Notes: a model not told the origin generated them from the sequence alone. A stretch of DNA of 64,000 nucleotides from Fidelibacterota bacterium (GCA_049975265.1 JBNGDF010000003.1:66995-130994); one strand, 5' to 3'. Numbered from the stretch's first letter, positions 29,405 through 40,270 are shown. Made by a program: numbers and translations.

Positions 29405-31412
29405 GTCTGATCTCGCTTGGTTTCAATTCAATTCGGCAGCGGGTATTGGCATTGATGACAGTGTTTCCCGGTGGATTCTGCGAAACGACGATACCGTTGC
29501 CGCTTATTTTCGGGTCCAGCCCCATGGATTGCAGAATCGTTATCGCCTGACTCAAGGTTTTGCCCCGGAGGTCCGGCATCTTTTGAGTATATTGGTAAGA
29601 AGCCAGTTGGACATGTCTTCGTGAGCGGGTGATCGGTGTAGGCATGGTGTGACTGTTTGCGGGCAAGCGAGTGCCGTTATTTTCGGCGATCCGGATATCA
29701 GGTGCGTCCAGATATTCTTCGGGGATAAACAGGTCATCTGAGAGATTAACGATGCGGGTAAAGACTTCCCGCAATACCGGCGCCGAAACATTGCCACCGG
29801 TATGTCGATCCCCTTTGGGATTATCGACAACAATCACGCTCAGGAGCCGGGCGTGATCTTCAGGAAAGAATCCCACGAAGGTAGCGATATAATCGGTCTG
29901 ACTATAGCCGGTTTCGGTCACTTTTTGTGCGGTTCCGGTCTTACCGGCAATCGCCATACCGTTGATTTTCGCCTGAATGCCGGTTCCGCTCTGAACGGTC
30001 AGGCGGAGCAGGTCGCGCATCAGTTGCATGGTTTCTGGTTTGGCGACCTGCCGAATATATTGCGGTCTGCTCTCGTGCAGAACAATTCCGTCCTTGGTTT
30101 TGATAGATTTTATCAGCAGTGGCTTTAGGAGATAACCACCGTTGGCGATGGCGGCATAGGCATACGCTAATTGTAATGCCGTCACGCAGATACCATGACC
30201 CATGGCAACCTGTGCCAGTGCCAGCTCGCTCCATTCTTTGAGCGGATGGATGATACCCTCTTCTTCGCCTGGAAACTGAATATCGGTCTTGACACCGAAA
30301 CCGTAACGCCGGGCGTAATTGAATACATCATCTTTTCCGATTTTCTGAGCGACTTTAATTGTACCGATGTTACTGCTCTTTTGAATAACTTCCCGAAACG
30401 ACAGACGGTCGTATTTTTTGTGGTCGTGAATAATGTGTCTGCCGATGGTAAGATGCCCCATTTCGCAGTCAATACTGTCGTCAGGTTGAATGTTATTTCG
30501 GTCAAATGCAGCCGTTGCTGTGACTATTTTAAAGGTTGAACCCGGTTCAAAAATATCGGTCACTACCCGGTTTATCTGATTCGATACGGGGTATTTCATC
30601 GGATCATTCGGATCGAAGCCGGGGATCGAGACCATGGCTAAAATTTCTCCGTTTTGAGGATCAATGATGATTCCCATGGCTTTGTCGGCATTGGATTTCT
30701 GATAGGCAATCTGCAACTCTTCATAGAGGATTGTCTGATATTCGTGATCAATGGTAAGTACAATATCATTGCCGTCAACGGTTTCCTGATAGGGTCTGTC
30801 CGGACGGTTATTGAGTCGTCCCCAGCCGTCTTTGAGCGTCACTTGCCAGCCGGGTGTTCCGCAGAGATAGGGCTCAAATTCCTTTTCGAGCCCCACGATG
30901 CCGTGGTTATCAGTATCGGTCAGACCGATGAGTTGCCCGGTAATTTCTCCGAACGGATAGTTCCGCCGAACACGCCGTTCGATGACAAATCCGTTATGGT
31001 ACTGATATTTTTCAACGAAATCCTGAATTTCATTGTGTGAAAGATTACGCTCAAGCCAGACAAAGGTCTGATCGGATTGTAAGGCGTGCAAATATTTGGA
31101 GTAGTTTGGACGCAGCTGCTGGCTGAGCTCTTTGGCTAACTGTTCTTTTTCATCCAGCAGGTAGGGATGTATGGCGATATTGTATTGAACGATGTCCACT
31201 GTCAGTGCTTTTTGATTCCGATCGTATATGGAACCTCTGATGGGGGGTATGGTTTTCCGGTACTCTGCCTGTCTGCGGCATGTAACCTGATATTTTTTGG
31301 TATTGATGACCTGAATAAAAAAGAGACGGACGGCGATCATACTCCAGAAGAGAGTCATGGCTGCTGCGACGAAGATGCTGCGCTTTTTTATATTGAAATA
31401 AATCGCCGACAT
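29397..31412 (-). CDS. ftsI: Class B penicillin-binding protein FtsI with C-terminal PASTA domain
   Basis: RGSIYDRN, EPGSTFK (SxxK), SSN, KTGT, PASTA MPDLRGKT...VVSQNP. Confidence 0.95.
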   Translation of the reverse strand: MSAIYFNIKKRSIFVAAAMTLFWSMIAVRLFFIQVINTKKYQVTCRRQAEYRKTIPPIRGSIYDRNQKALTVDIVQYNIAIHPYLLDEKEQLAKELSQQLRPNYSKYLHALQSDQTFVWLERNLSHNEIQDFVEKYQYHNGFVIERRVRRNYPFGEITGQLIGLTDTDNHGIVGLEKEFEPYLCGTPGWQVTLKDGWGRLNNRPDRPYQETVDGNDIVLTIDHEYQTILYEELQIAYQKSNADKAMGIIIDPQNGEILAMVSIPGFDPNDPMKYPVSNQINRVVTDIFEPGSTFKIVTATAAFDRNNIQPDDSIDCEMGHLTIGRHIIHDHKKYDRLSFREVIQKSSNIGTIKVAQKIGKDDVFNYARRYGFGVKTDIQFPGEEEGIIHPLKEWSELALAQVAMGHGICVTALQLAYAYAAIANGGYLLKPLLIKSIKTKDGIVLHESRPQYIRQVAKPETMQLMRDLLRLTVQSGTGIQAKINGMAIAGKTGTAQKVTETGYSQTDYIATFVGFFPEDHARLLSVIVVDNPKGDRHTGGNVSAPVLREVFTRIVNLSDDLFIPEEYLDAPDIRIAENNGTRLPANSHTMPTPITRSRRHVQLASYQYTQKMPDLRGKTLSQAITILQSMGLDPKISGNGIVVSQNPPGNTVINANTRCRIELKPSEIRLE

Positions 31413-31415
31413 ATT

Positions 31416-31727
31416 CTACTCTATCTCTATGGATGCGATGACGACTGTCAATGTCTCGGGCGGCGGTGTCCACATGTTCAGCTCCCGCATGGCGATCTGC
31501 TTGATACGATCCGCCCGTGCCAAGCGGTCGATCTCCACGGAGGTCAGCCGATTCTGGGTGACCAGATTGGCTTCTTCCCGTTTGAGCATATTGATTTCTG
31601 TATAAAGTTGATTGGTGTGGTTGAATATCCAAATGTAAAAGACCATCATTCCGATCAAAAAGAGGAACAATCCCCCCATTATTAGGTTTTTACGACGACT
31701 CTTACTGATTTTTTTCTTTTTCATCAA
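31416..31727 (-). CDS. ftsL: Cell division protein FtsL
   Basis: Basic N-terminus, single TM, coiled coil ending RIKQIAMRELNM. Lies between rsmH and ftsI. Confidence 0.85.
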   Translation of the reverse strand: MMKKKKISKSRRKNLIMGGLFLFLIGMMVFYIWIFNHTNQLYTEINMLKREEANLVTQNRLTSVEIDRLARADRIKQIAMRELNMWTPPPETLTVVIASIEIE

Positions 31728-32654
31728 TTAATGCAATCTTTCTACCGCTCTTAACTGTGCGCTGCGCGCCCGGGCATTTTGGGAGATCTCTGTTTTGGAG
31801 GGGCGAAGTGGTTTCGGCGTCAGAATGTTAAACACAGCCTGATGATGGCATTGACAAACGGGAAACTCCGGCGGACAGATGCAATCTCTGGATTCGGTTT
31901 TGAAAAAGTTCTTGACCAGCCGATCCTCAAGGCTATGGTAGGTTATGATAACCAGTCGACCGCCGGGATTTAAGATCTCAATGCTGTCTTTTAGTGTCTG
32001 CTTCAGAACCTCCAGCTCCCGGTTTACGGCGATTCGCAATGCCTGAAATATCCGGCTTAAGGTTTTATTGACATGTGGTTCCACCGCTTTCTGTTTAACC
32101 AGTGCCGCCAGTTGAGATGTGGTTTTGATGGGGGATTTTGAACGCGCCTTGATAATCAGACGGGCGATGGCACGTGAATGATGTTCTTCACCATATTCCT
32201 GGAATATACGGATCAGTTCGGACAATTCTGCCTGATTGACAATGTCAGCGGCAGTCTGCTGCTGATCCTGCGAAAAGCGCATATCCAGTGGTCCGTCGGT
32301 CGCATAGGAGAAGCCCCGCTGAGGATTCGCGAGCCCGAAAGACGAGAGCCCCAGGTCCATAATCATTCCGTCGACCTTTATATTGCCCTGGCGGAAACAG
32401 ATTTTCCGAATCTGGTTAAAATTGGAGTGTAGAAAAAGGTGATTTTGTGGAATCTGCAAATTTTCTGAGCAGTAATAGATTGCCGCTGAATCGGCATCAA
32501 TCCCGATCAGGAAAGCATACTCATTCAGGTGATTGGAGAGCTCTTTGAAATGACCACCCGTGCCCAGTGTTGCATCCAGATAAATGCCATCGGGCTTGGA
32601 CACCAATAATTGCATTGCTTCTTTGAGTAAAACTGGCTCATGAATGGTGGTCAT
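31728..32654 (-). CDS. rsmH: 16S rRNA m4C1402 methyltransferase
   Basis: HEPVL, DATLGTGGH, DLGLSS, RGFS..DGPLDMR, FQALRIAVNREL, YHSLEDR. Confidence 0.98.
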   Translation of the reverse strand: MTTIHEPVLLKEAMQLLVSKPDGIYLDATLGTGGHFKELSNHLNEYAFLIGIDADSAAIYYCSENLQIPQNHLFLHSNFNQIRKICFRQGNIKVDGMIMDLGLSSFGLANPQRGFSYATDGPLDMRFSQDQQQTAADIVNQAELSELIRIFQEYGEEHHSRAIARLIIKARSKSPIKTTSQLAALVKQKAVEPHVNKTLSRIFQALRIAVNRELEVLKQTLKDSIEILNPGGRLVIITYHSLEDRLVKNFFKTESRDCICPPEFPVCQCHHQAVFNILTPKPLRPSKTEISQNARARSAQLRAVERLH

Positions 32655-32676
32655 TGACCTAAATCCGCTAAAACGA

Positions 32677-33129
32677 CTATAAGATATCAGCTAAATCTTC
32701 ATAATAATCATCGTCCAGTGGGATTTGAGATTCTTGGTGCTTTTCCAACGTCTCCGGATCCCATAGTTCCAGGTAATTCAGAGCACCGATGATAATGATT
32801 TCCTTTCTGATGTTGGCAAAATCCAGATGTTCCTGCGGGATAAGAACGCGACCCTGCTTGTCACATTTCAGCCGGATAGAGTTTCGTGACCAGGTTCGGA
32901 TAAACGCCCGGTTTTTCTTTTTGAATTGTGACAATTTTTGCAGTTTCTCCGTGAAATTCTCCCATTCAGGTTCCGGATAAGCCACCAGACATGGATCGGA
33001 GCCTTTGGTGATGAAAAACACACAATCAGACTCAGTGTTATTACCCCAGCGTCGAAATTTTGCCGGGATACTCAGACGATTTTTGTCGTCTAAAAAATGT
33101 TTTGATTCGCCGGCAAAAGTAGTGATCAT
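32677..33129 (-). CDS. mraZ: Division/cell wall cluster repressor MraZ
   Basis: LDDKNRLSIPAKFR, CDKQGRVLIP, ELWD. ATG 33129 preferred because the ORF-track start 33183 lies in the -10 box. Confidence 0.96.
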   Translation of the reverse strand: MITTFAGESKHFLDDKNRLSIPAKFRRWGNNTESDCVFFITKGSDPCLVAYPEPEWENFTEKLQKLSQFKKKNRAFIRTWSRNSIRLKCDKQGRVLIPQEHLDFANIRKEIIIIGALNYLELWDPETLEKHQESQIPLDDDYYEDLADIL

Positions 33130-33145
33130 AATCTCTGAAAAACTT

Positions 33146-33211
33146 TGGGAATTTATGGGATTTATCCCCACATCTACCCACAATTATAGGATAAAATAGG
33201 CTCATTGTCAA
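33146..33211 (-). promoter_or_regulatory. dcw promoter with MraZ-type operator boxes
   Basis: Minus strand TTGACA (33211-33206), 17 bp, TATAAT (33188-33183). GTGGG boxes at 33181-33177 and 33171-33167. Opposite-strand TGGGA boxes at 33146-33150 and 33156-33160. Confidence 0.85.
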
Positions 33212-33260
33212 GTAAATTTTTACATTTACTGAATATAGGGGGGCTATAGAGTAGGGATAG

Positions 33261-34085
33261 TTAGCGGTTGAGCAGGATTGAGCGCACGATTCCGTCTTTT
33301 GTGATGATCAATCGGGTAGGTATACCGGCTTTGCCGATGGAGCCTAATGGTTTATTGTTCAGGGTCAGCTCAATTTTTGACGGACGTCCGACCCTGACAT
33401 CGAACTGCCGTTCGGCTTTCCACTCGCGGCGGACATTAGGAAGATAATTGGCTTCGGTGGTATCGATTTCGTCGGTGATGACCCGCACCCAGCAGGTATC
33501 GCGGGTTTGCATGACAAGCGACAGTAGTTCGGGTTCCGGCTCCGGTTCCGGTTCTATATCCGGTTCTGCGGGTACCTTTTCACTGGCTATGGGTGGCGCA
33601 ACTTTTGTAGTATCGACTGTATTGACGGGTGGCGGAATTTTATCGATGACGGTATTAACGGCGACGGGCTTCTTTTTTTCTTCTTCCTCCATGAGTACCT
33701 GTTTGAGAACGGATATTACGAAGATGAACAGAACCAGAATGATGGTGATGACGGCGATATTCCGTTTTTTATTTCCGTTAACCGGTGATGCCTCCTGATT
33801 GTTCAGAAAGTTTGATTCTTTCCGCTCTTTTTCTTTTTCAGAATCCGTTTTTCGGGTGGTTTTACCGGTCAATGCTGCGTATTCTTTTAGGACCGTGCCG
33901 GGATCGACGCCCAGCTCGGCGGCATAGGATTTTAAAAAGAGACGAATATAGGTTTCCGGCAGTTTTGAGAAATCTCCCTGTTCGAAGGCTTCCAAAATTG
34001 TCCGGTTTATTTTTATCCGGCTGGAAATCTGATCAAGCGAGATGCCCTTGGATTCCCGAAGTTTTTTCAGTTCCTCATAAAACAT
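33261..34085 (-). CDS. rodZ: RodZ-like protein (HTH, TM, DUF4115)
   Basis: LKKLRESKGISLDQIS...YIRLFLKSYAAELG HTH, single TM, Pro/Glu linker, CWVRV...LTLNNK C-terminal domain. Confidence 0.85.
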   Translation of the reverse strand: MFYEELKKLRESKGISLDQISSRIKINRTILEAFEQGDFSKLPETYIRLFLKSYAAELGVDPGTVLKEYAALTGKTTRKTDSEKEKERKESNFLNNQEASPVNGNKKRNIAVITIILVLFIFVISVLKQVLMEEEEKKKPVAVNTVIDKIPPPVNTVDTTKVAPPIASEKVPAEPDIEPEPEPEPELLSLVMQTRDTCWVRVITDEIDTTEANYLPNVRREWKAERQFDVRVGRPSKIELTLNNKPLGSIGKAGIPTRLIITKDGIVRSILLNR

Positions 34086-34159
34086 AGCAAAATCCGCTTT
34101 CTATTTGACCGACAACGGACTAAATATTATAAATAAAGTTATTAAATTCAATATAAAGT

Positions 34160-34762
34160 TTACAGCAGGGTATTTAATTTGTGCATGCAGGTCTGGATAA
34201 AATGGGCGATGGGAAAGCCCACGACATTGTAGAAGCAGCCGGATATGCGCTTCACGAAAATGGCGCTGAAATCCTGGATACCGTAAGAACCGGCTTTATC
34301 AAAGGGGGCATAGTAATCCACGTAGATATTGATCATAGCCCGGCTTAGCGGCAGAAAGGTCACGTCGGTTACTTCTGCGTCTGTCAACAACTGCCGGTTC
34401 CGGGAATTCAGAATGCAGTAACCGGTATAGACCTGGTGAGTGGTGTTGCTGAGCAGATTGAGCATTTCCACGGCTTGCGCGCGGTTTTCTGGTTTGCCCA
34501 GAATCCTGTCATCCTTAACCACGATTGTGTCGGCACCGATAATCCAGGCGTCGGGGCAATCGGAGACGACATTCAGAGCCTTTTGGCGGGCATGATTTTG
34601 GACCAGCTTTGGGGGTGAAAGGGTTTTATCTTCGGGTTCGTGATAAGTGGAGGGATGAACGGAGAAGTCGTCAATTATGATACTTAATATCTGTTTTCGC
34701 CTGGGTGACGCCGAGGCAAGAACTATCGGTTTGGCATGCCAGTCAATAAGTGAGTGTTTCAT
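34160..34762 (-). CDS. maf: Maf-family nucleoside triphosphate pyrophosphatase
   Basis: LASASPRR, IGADTIV, LGKP, DKAGSYGIQ, GCFYNVVGFP. Confidence 0.95.
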   Translation of the reverse strand: MKHSLIDWHAKPIVLASASPRRKQILSIIIDDFSVHPSTYHEPEDKTLSPPKLVQNHARQKALNVVSDCPDAWIIGADTIVVKDDRILGKPENRAQAVEMLNLLSNTTHQVYTGYCILNSRNRQLLTDAEVTDVTFLPLSRAMINIYVDYYAPFDKAGSYGIQDFSAIFVKRISGCFYNVVGFPIAHFIQTCMHKLNTLL

Positions 34763-37700
34763 CCGGCTTTGACCATTTTACCAATGTAGGCATCTTTGGC
34801 ATTGGAGTTGACCGAGCGGGCATTAATTTTGTAAATGTAGATACCCTTTGCCACGCCGCTGCCGAAATCATCGACACCATCCCAGTGAAGCATATTGAAA
34901 CCGGGCAGAAAGAGCTGCTCCGATTCGAGGGTTCGAATTTTCAGCCCGCGGACTGTGTAGATTGTGCAGCTGATAGTGGCAGGCTGGGTCAGATGAAAGG
35001 TAATATCTGTCGTATGGGCAAAGGGATTGGGAAAGTTGACCACCTTTTCCAGGGCAAAGTCTGCCGATGGCAGGAGAGTAAAATCGGCTTTTCCGGAGGA
35101 GGGATTATTATTGTTATCCCAGGCGGTGACGGTGACGCTGTGGCTGCCTGGAGACAATACCGGCAGTGGATACACGACCGAGCCGGAGGAGTCGCTATTG
35201 GTGTCGTAGGTAAAGTACTCGGTTACGATATAAGCCTGATGTTGATCCCCATCGAAAACGAGGGTAATGTCGTGCCCCAGTTTACCGGCGATATTGATCC
35301 CGATAGGATCGCAGATGCGGATTTCCAATTGATTGTCAGGTATCAGAATATCGCCATTCTTAAAATCCTGATTAACTATACCGATTTCGATTGCCGGTCC
35401 GGTGGTATCGAATACCGCTTCTGCGCCGGAATAGTAGATCGGTGCATAGTAACCGCCCACTGTTGTGCCGGTCTCCTCGCTCCAGCCGACAGCGGTGATT
35501 TTTCCGCTGAGTCCGGCGTAATTGAGGTCTTTGGGTATATAGAATCTGGATGAAAATTGACTATTTTGAATATCTACCAATCCCGCGAAAAGAATTTCTC
35601 CCGGCAGAGTATAGGACAGTGACTGTTCTTTGCGATTGCCGTCAAGATAAAAGCGGGTAACCCGGCGGTCGCTGTCATATATTTTCAGGATTCCTGCTCC
35701 TGAAAAATTTGTCAGGCTGTTATCCACTTTGGCACGCACCGCGACATTGGACAGAGTTTTCAGGGTATCGGAAGGCAGGGAACTGAGTTCGATATCATGA
35801 TAGGGAAGGGCGAGATAAAGCGCCGGATCACCAAACAGAATGTACTTCTCATTGTTTTCGTTTAAACCGCCTGCCAGACCCGAGATGATCTGGAGTACCT
35901 CACCAAGGCGGAGACGATTGGCGGATTTATCATTAAACAGATTTGTCATCCATTGATTGACGAAGAAGGCATTGGGTCCCGGATAGGTTGCCCGGCTGGC
36001 AGCCAGGGCGGCGATCCCGCCGTCATTGGGCTCGATCACCAGCGCTTCCGGAAAGCAACTGCCCTGAATATCGTCGAACTGTCCCCAGCTGCAGGTACCG
36101 GCGATCCAGAGAGGCAGTTTCATTCCGGTGTTGATTCGTCTCAGATCGCGGTTCATTTCCAGAATATACTCCTGCGCCCAGACTGTCGGGCTGCCGTGTC
36201 CGAAATAGTTGATGATGGTTGTGCCATCCTCCAGCTGCTTTAGAATAGCATCGGTCGCATCCGGTTTTTTGACGCCGTAAGTCGTGGCATCCTGGATTTC
36301 CGGGTATTCCAGAAGATACAGCTTTTTAATATCAATGGACTTTGGCAGGTAATTGGCAATTTTGTTTTCGGTGTCGGTAATATGCTCTTGCTCGTTGGTG
36401 TTGGGACGTACGGGATCGTCTGCTACAAGCGTGATGGTACTGCGCCAATCCCCATAAATCGGTTCCAATACGTAGGAGCGTATCTTGTCGGCGACCGCCT
36501 GTGCCTCGGCGGATGAGCGGATATTGATGCGACCAATGGCTACGTCCATTTTACGATCCTGACCAATTGCATAGGCAAAACGCATATCGGTTGCATAAGA
36601 ATTAAAACCGGAGTTACCCGTAGTTCCTTCCACCTGGTAGGTCATGACGTGATTGCCGGTTTTTGATTCAATATGGCGATAATCAAAAGTACCATCGCCA
36701 AACAGCAGAACATACTCCGGTGGAACCGCCCAGTTGTTGAGGGCATAGCTTAAAAATTGGCGGATAGCATGTGGATCGACGATATCGGCGTTGAATTCCC
36801 GCAGGATTTGACTCTGCAAAACGACAAGAGAACTAAGCCGGTCACTGCTTTTGACCTCTTCTGAATAGAGATTTGCCAGCTCCTGAGCGGCGTCTTTGAA
36901 TGGTTCATCGGTGATAATGACATACTGTGCCGCATTCTCCGGTCGCCGCAGGGTAGTCCATTCCGGCTGCTGAATGGCGATAATATTATCCGCTGAAAGG
37001 TATTTGGAATTGTGGGTCAGTAGATAGTGCGAGCGCTGGCTGAGTTGATTTTGGGTTTTGAAGGAAAAGGAATGCCCGGCGGTTGGAGGTAGATTGTAAT
37101 AGGTGACATTGTTCCAGTCGGTGATATCGTATAGAATCGCCTCGCTGAAGCCGATATCACTAAGCCGGTATTCCACAATCCCGGATCTTGCCGGACCCCA
37201 AAAATCCAGCTCGTCGCCCCTCGGTTTCAGCGGCGCTTCGTAGCGGATTTGTACGAAGTCGATATGGGCGGAGGCAGAAGATACATTTGCAGAATAGTGT
37301 AGTTTGATAATATTGGGAATGCCCGGTTTTAAAGATATTGATAAGTTCCGCGATGAGACATACCAGTTACTGGTGGTCCAGGAAGCGACAGGCGATGGTG
37401 AATTGTTTAAGAAAATCTTATAGGTATGGGCAGTTGAATTAGTGGTGCCGCGGGTTTTTAGGCTCAGATTTGCCGGATATTGGAATGTCTCCGGGTCTTC
37501 ATCGGCTTTTTCTGGGAGTTGAAATACAACGGAAATGTTGGCACCGGGGCTGGCAAATTTTTCGCCGTACCAATCTGTACCCGATCGTAAAAAGTTGGTC
37601 ATATCCAATTCGTGACGATCGATCCTCTCATATTTCAATACCGCTGTATCAGGAATCGCCGTTGACATGTCGAGCACCGGCATGCTTTTCGGCTGACCGG

Positions 37701-38772
37701 TGTCTTCGGCAATCAAAAGCCAGTAGTAATTGACATCCGAATAGGCGTGGCGGTTGAAGTAGAGTCTGCCGTTGATGTCGGCATCGACGCCGCTGGTGGC
37801 GCGTCCATAGAAGATAATGGCGTCTCCGGTGTGGAAAGTACCGTCGTTTGATCCGGAAATTCTTCTGGTATTCTCCACAAGGTTGTCAAGAACAGTGATG
37901 CCGGGAGTATTGTCGATTGCCCGACCGCCGGTTCCGTTGGAATAGAGAAAAATCCGTTCGTTTTCAATGGTTTGATTCGGCAGTCCGGCAGCCACCAGGT
38001 CCTGGTGGCTGATCGCGTAAATTCCATCTTTTTTAACGGTAATTCGGAACCAGGTTCCGGCTGGATAGGAGGCTCTCTTTGCCAGTTGTCTCTGCGGACG
38101 TTGCTGCCAGGTTTTTAGATATTTAGAGTTGATGAAAGCCGATTTGGCAGGGGCTTTCATCGAAGAAGAGTGAACAGTATTTTCGGAAGATTTATGAGCG
38201 TAGCTGACAGAGACTTCCACTGATCGGATTATCCGAATATGCCGGGAATCCACGACTTTCAGGGGATAGATGACCAGTTCACAGACCGGATTGAAGCGGA
38301 GATAGCCCACTTCAATGACATCCCAGAGGGGTCGGGCATTAATCTGTTTGATATGCTCGTCGATGAGCGATTTTTCCAGCTGAATGATTTCAGAGGTCAC
38401 ATTAAACGTCCGAATGGTGGCGGGTTCGTGGGGAGTTGGCAGGGCGAGCAGAAAGGACCAATAGGGGATTGCCAGGACGGGATTGATATCCACGATATCT
38501 GCTGCTCCCAGAAAAAACATGGAGATTGAGTCGGGATAAGCGTCTGCCCGTCGCCATTCGATTTTGGAATCGTCAGCTACCCGGAAATGCAGCCCGCTTT
38601 CGGTTTCAGTTAAAATATGTGTCTGATATGCCGTCAGAGGAGTGAAGGTGGTAAACAGCAGGAAAATGAGGATAAAGGATTTTATGCGGTTAGTGTCTGT
38701 CATTCGTTTTGGAAATTTAATTGTGAAAAGGTTGAATCGCAATATACGAAATGGAAACCGACAAATTTTCAA
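34759..38772 (-). CDS. porU: Type IX secretion system sortase PorU (peptidase C25) with C-terminal T9SS/FlgD-Ig domain
   Basis: WFRITVKKDGIY, WYGEKF, YVLLFGDGTFDYR, AIGRI, NYFGHG (His), AGTCSWGQFD (Cys), LFGDPAL, AWDNNNN, NFPNPF...WDGVDDFG...GIYIYKI. True start probably downstream of 38772, e.g. 38703. Confidence 0.88.
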   Translation of the reverse strand: MKICRFPFRILRFNLFTIKFPKRMTDTNRIKSFILIFLLFTTFTPLTAYQTHILTETESGLHFRVADDSKIEWRRADAYPDSISMFFLGAADIVDINPVLAIPYWSFLLALPTPHEPATIRTFNVTSEIIQLEKSLIDEHIKQINARPLWDVIEVGYLRFNPVCELVIYPLKVVDSRHIRIIRSVEVSVSYAHKSSENTVHSSSMKAPAKSAFINSKYLKTWQQRPQRQLAKRASYPAGTWFRITVKKDGIYAISHQDLVAAGLPNQTIENERIFLYSNGTGGRAIDNTPGITVLDNLVENTRRISGSNDGTFHTGDAIIFYGRATSGVDADINGRLYFNRHAYSDVNYYWLLIAEDTGQPKSMPVLDMSTAIPDTAVLKYERIDRHELDMTNFLRSGTDWYGEKFASPGANISVVFQLPEKADEDPETFQYPANLSLKTRGTTNSTAHTYKIFLNNSPSPVASWTTSNWYVSSRNLSISLKPGIPNIIKLHYSANVSSASAHIDFVQIRYEAPLKPRGDELDFWGPARSGIVEYRLSDIGFSEAILYDITDWNNVTYYNLPPTAGHSFSFKTQNQLSQRSHYLLTHNSKYLSADNIIAIQQPEWTTLRRPENAAQYVIITDEPFKDAAQELANLYSEEVKSSDRLSSLVVLQSQILREFNADIVDPHAIRQFLSYALNNWAVPPEYVLLFGDGTFDYRHIESKTGNHVMTYQVEGTTGNSGFNSYATDMRFAYAIGQDRKMDVAIGRINIRSSAEAQAVADKIRSYVLEPIYGDWRSTITLVADDPVRPNTNEQEHITDTENKIANYLPKSIDIKKLYLLEYPEIQDATTYGVKKPDATDAILKQLEDGTTIINYFGHGSPTVWAQEYILEMNRDLRRINTGMKLPLWIAGTCSWGQFDDIQGSCFPEALVIEPNDGGIAALAASRATYPGPNAFFVNQWMTNLFNDKSANRLRLGEVLQIISGLAGGLNENNEKYILFGDPALYLALPYHDIELSSLPSDTLKTLSNVAVRAKVDNSLTNFSGAGILKIYDSDRRVTRFYLDGNRKEQSLSYTLPGEILFAGLVDIQNSQFSSRFYIPKDLNYAGLSGKITAVGWSEETGTTVGGYYAPIYYSGAEAVFDTTGPAIEIGIVNQDFKNGDILIPDNQLEIRICDPIGINIAGKLGHDITLVFDGDQHQAYIVTEYFTYDTNSDSSGSVVYPLPVLSPGSHSVTVTAWDNNNNPSSGKADFTLLPSADFALEKVVNFPNPFAHTTDITFHLTQPATISCTIYTVRGLKIRTLESEQLFLPGFNMLHWDGVDDFGSGVAKGIYIYKINARSVNSNAKDAYIGKMVKAG

Positions 38773-38869
38773 TCGTCAGTTGCTCAAATTGTTCCCATCA
38801 CTGAAAAAATGGAACCATTTTCGGGCTTGTGCAATTCAATTGTATGAACGATCAGGTCTGTAATTTACC

Positions 38870-38898
38870 TTGCATAAGCAGTTGTGAAAAAGTAAATT
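38870..38898 (+). promoter_or_regulatory. Putative ffh promoter
   Basis: TTGCAT, 17 bp, TAAATT, about 30 nt upstream of the ffh ATG. Confidence 0.6.
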
Positions 38899-38928
38899 TA
38901 CCTGCTTTATTGAATACGAAAATCAGCG

Positions 38929-40251
38929 ATGCTAGATCAGTTACAAAATAGTCTCGGAAAAATAGTAAAAGCCTTGCGCAGTGAGGGTAAAATCACGGAA
39001 AGTAATATCCGCGACACGCTTCGCGAGGTTCGTCGTGCGTTGCTGGAAGCCGATGTCAATTATAAAGTCGTAAAAGAATTTATCGATAATGTACAGGAAA
39101 AGGCGGTCGGTGTTACAGTGACCAGGAGTTTAACGCCGGGTCAGCAGGTCGTCAAGATTTTTCACGACGAATTGAGCAGGATTTTAGGAGCTCAACAGTA
39201 TCGTCTGAAAACCGCTGCTGTTCCGCCCACCGTGATTCTGCTGGCGGGTCTGCAAGGATGCGGTAAAACCACCTTTGCGGCAAAACTGGCGCTGATGTTA
39301 AAAAGGCAGAACCATAAGCCGCTGCTGGTATCCGTCGATGTTTATCGCCCGGCGGCTGTGAAACAACTGCAGGTACTGGGAGAACAGATCGATGTTCCGG
39401 TGTTTTCCGAGAAATCCAAGGTTGTCAAACGTGCGGTCGAAGCCATCAATTATGCCCGCAAGCAGCATCTCGACACCGTGATTGTCGATACCGCCGGACG
39501 CCTGCATATCGACAAGGAAATGATGAAAGAGCTGGAGGCGCTGAAAAAGAATCTGAAACCCCACAACATCCTCTTTGTTGCCGACGGATTAACAGGGCAG
39601 GATGCCGTCAACACCGCATCGGCATTCAATGATCAACTGGGCTTCGACGGAATTATTCTGACAAAAATGGACAGCGATACCCGCGGCGGTGCGGCACTTT
39701 CCATTGTCAGCGTTACCGGGAAGCCGATCATGTACATTGGTACCGGGGAGAAACCGGAAAATATCGAAGCCTTCCATCCGGATCGGATCGCCAACCGCAT
39801 TCTGGGAATGGGAGATGTGGTTTCACTGGTGGAAAAGGTACAGGCTTCCGTAGATGCAGAGCAGGCGGCAACACTGGAGAAAAAGCTGCTGAAACAGCAA
39901 TTTACCCTTGAAGACTACCTGGACCAGCTGCACCAGATAAAAAAGATGGGACCGCTGGGTGATATTCTGGAGATGATCCCCGGTTTATCGAAGCTGAAGT
40001 CGAAGAATATCAAAGTTGATGATAAAGAGTTGTTGCGGGCGGAGGTGATTATCCAGTCGATGACCCGCCAGGAGCGACAGAAACCGGCGATTATCAACGG
40101 CAGCCGCCGGAAACGAATTGCCCGGGGCAGTGGAACATCGGCAAATGACGTCAACCGCCTCTTGAATCAGTATTGGCAACTGGTGAAAATGAGTAAACAG
40201 ATGGGCAAAATGAAAATTCCGGGCAATCTATCTGCTTTCGGAATACATTAA
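38929..40251 (+). CDS. ffh: Signal recognition particle protein Ffh
   Basis: [43 protein letters not shown]-domain [11 protein letters not shown]. Confidence 0.99.
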   Translation: MLDQLQNSLGKIVKALRSEGKITESNIRDTLREVRRALLEADVNYKVVKEFIDNVQEKAVGVTVTRSLTPGQQVVKIFHDELSRILGAQQYRLKTAAVPPTVILLAGLQGCGKTTFAAKLALMLKRQNHKPLLVSVDVYRPAAVKQLQVLGEQIDVPVFSEKSKVVKRAVEAINYARKQHLDTVIVDTAGRLHIDKEMMKELEALKKNLKPHNILFVADGLTGQDAVNTASAFNDQLGFDGIILTKMDSDTRGGAALSIVSVTGKPIMYIGTGEKPENIEAFHPDRIANRILGMGDVVSLVEKVQASVDAEQAATLEKKLLKQQFTLEDYLDQLHQIKKMGPLGDILEMIPGLSKLKSKNIKVDDKELLRAEVIIQSMTRQERQKPAIINGSRRKRIARGSGTSANDVNRLLNQYWQLVKMSKQMGKMKIPGNLSAFGIH

Positions 40252-40270
40252 CAACACAAAGGAGGAATCA

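Noticed and set aside
33520-33570. Short TCCGG-type tandem repeat
   Set aside because: It encodes the (EP)n linker of RodZ.
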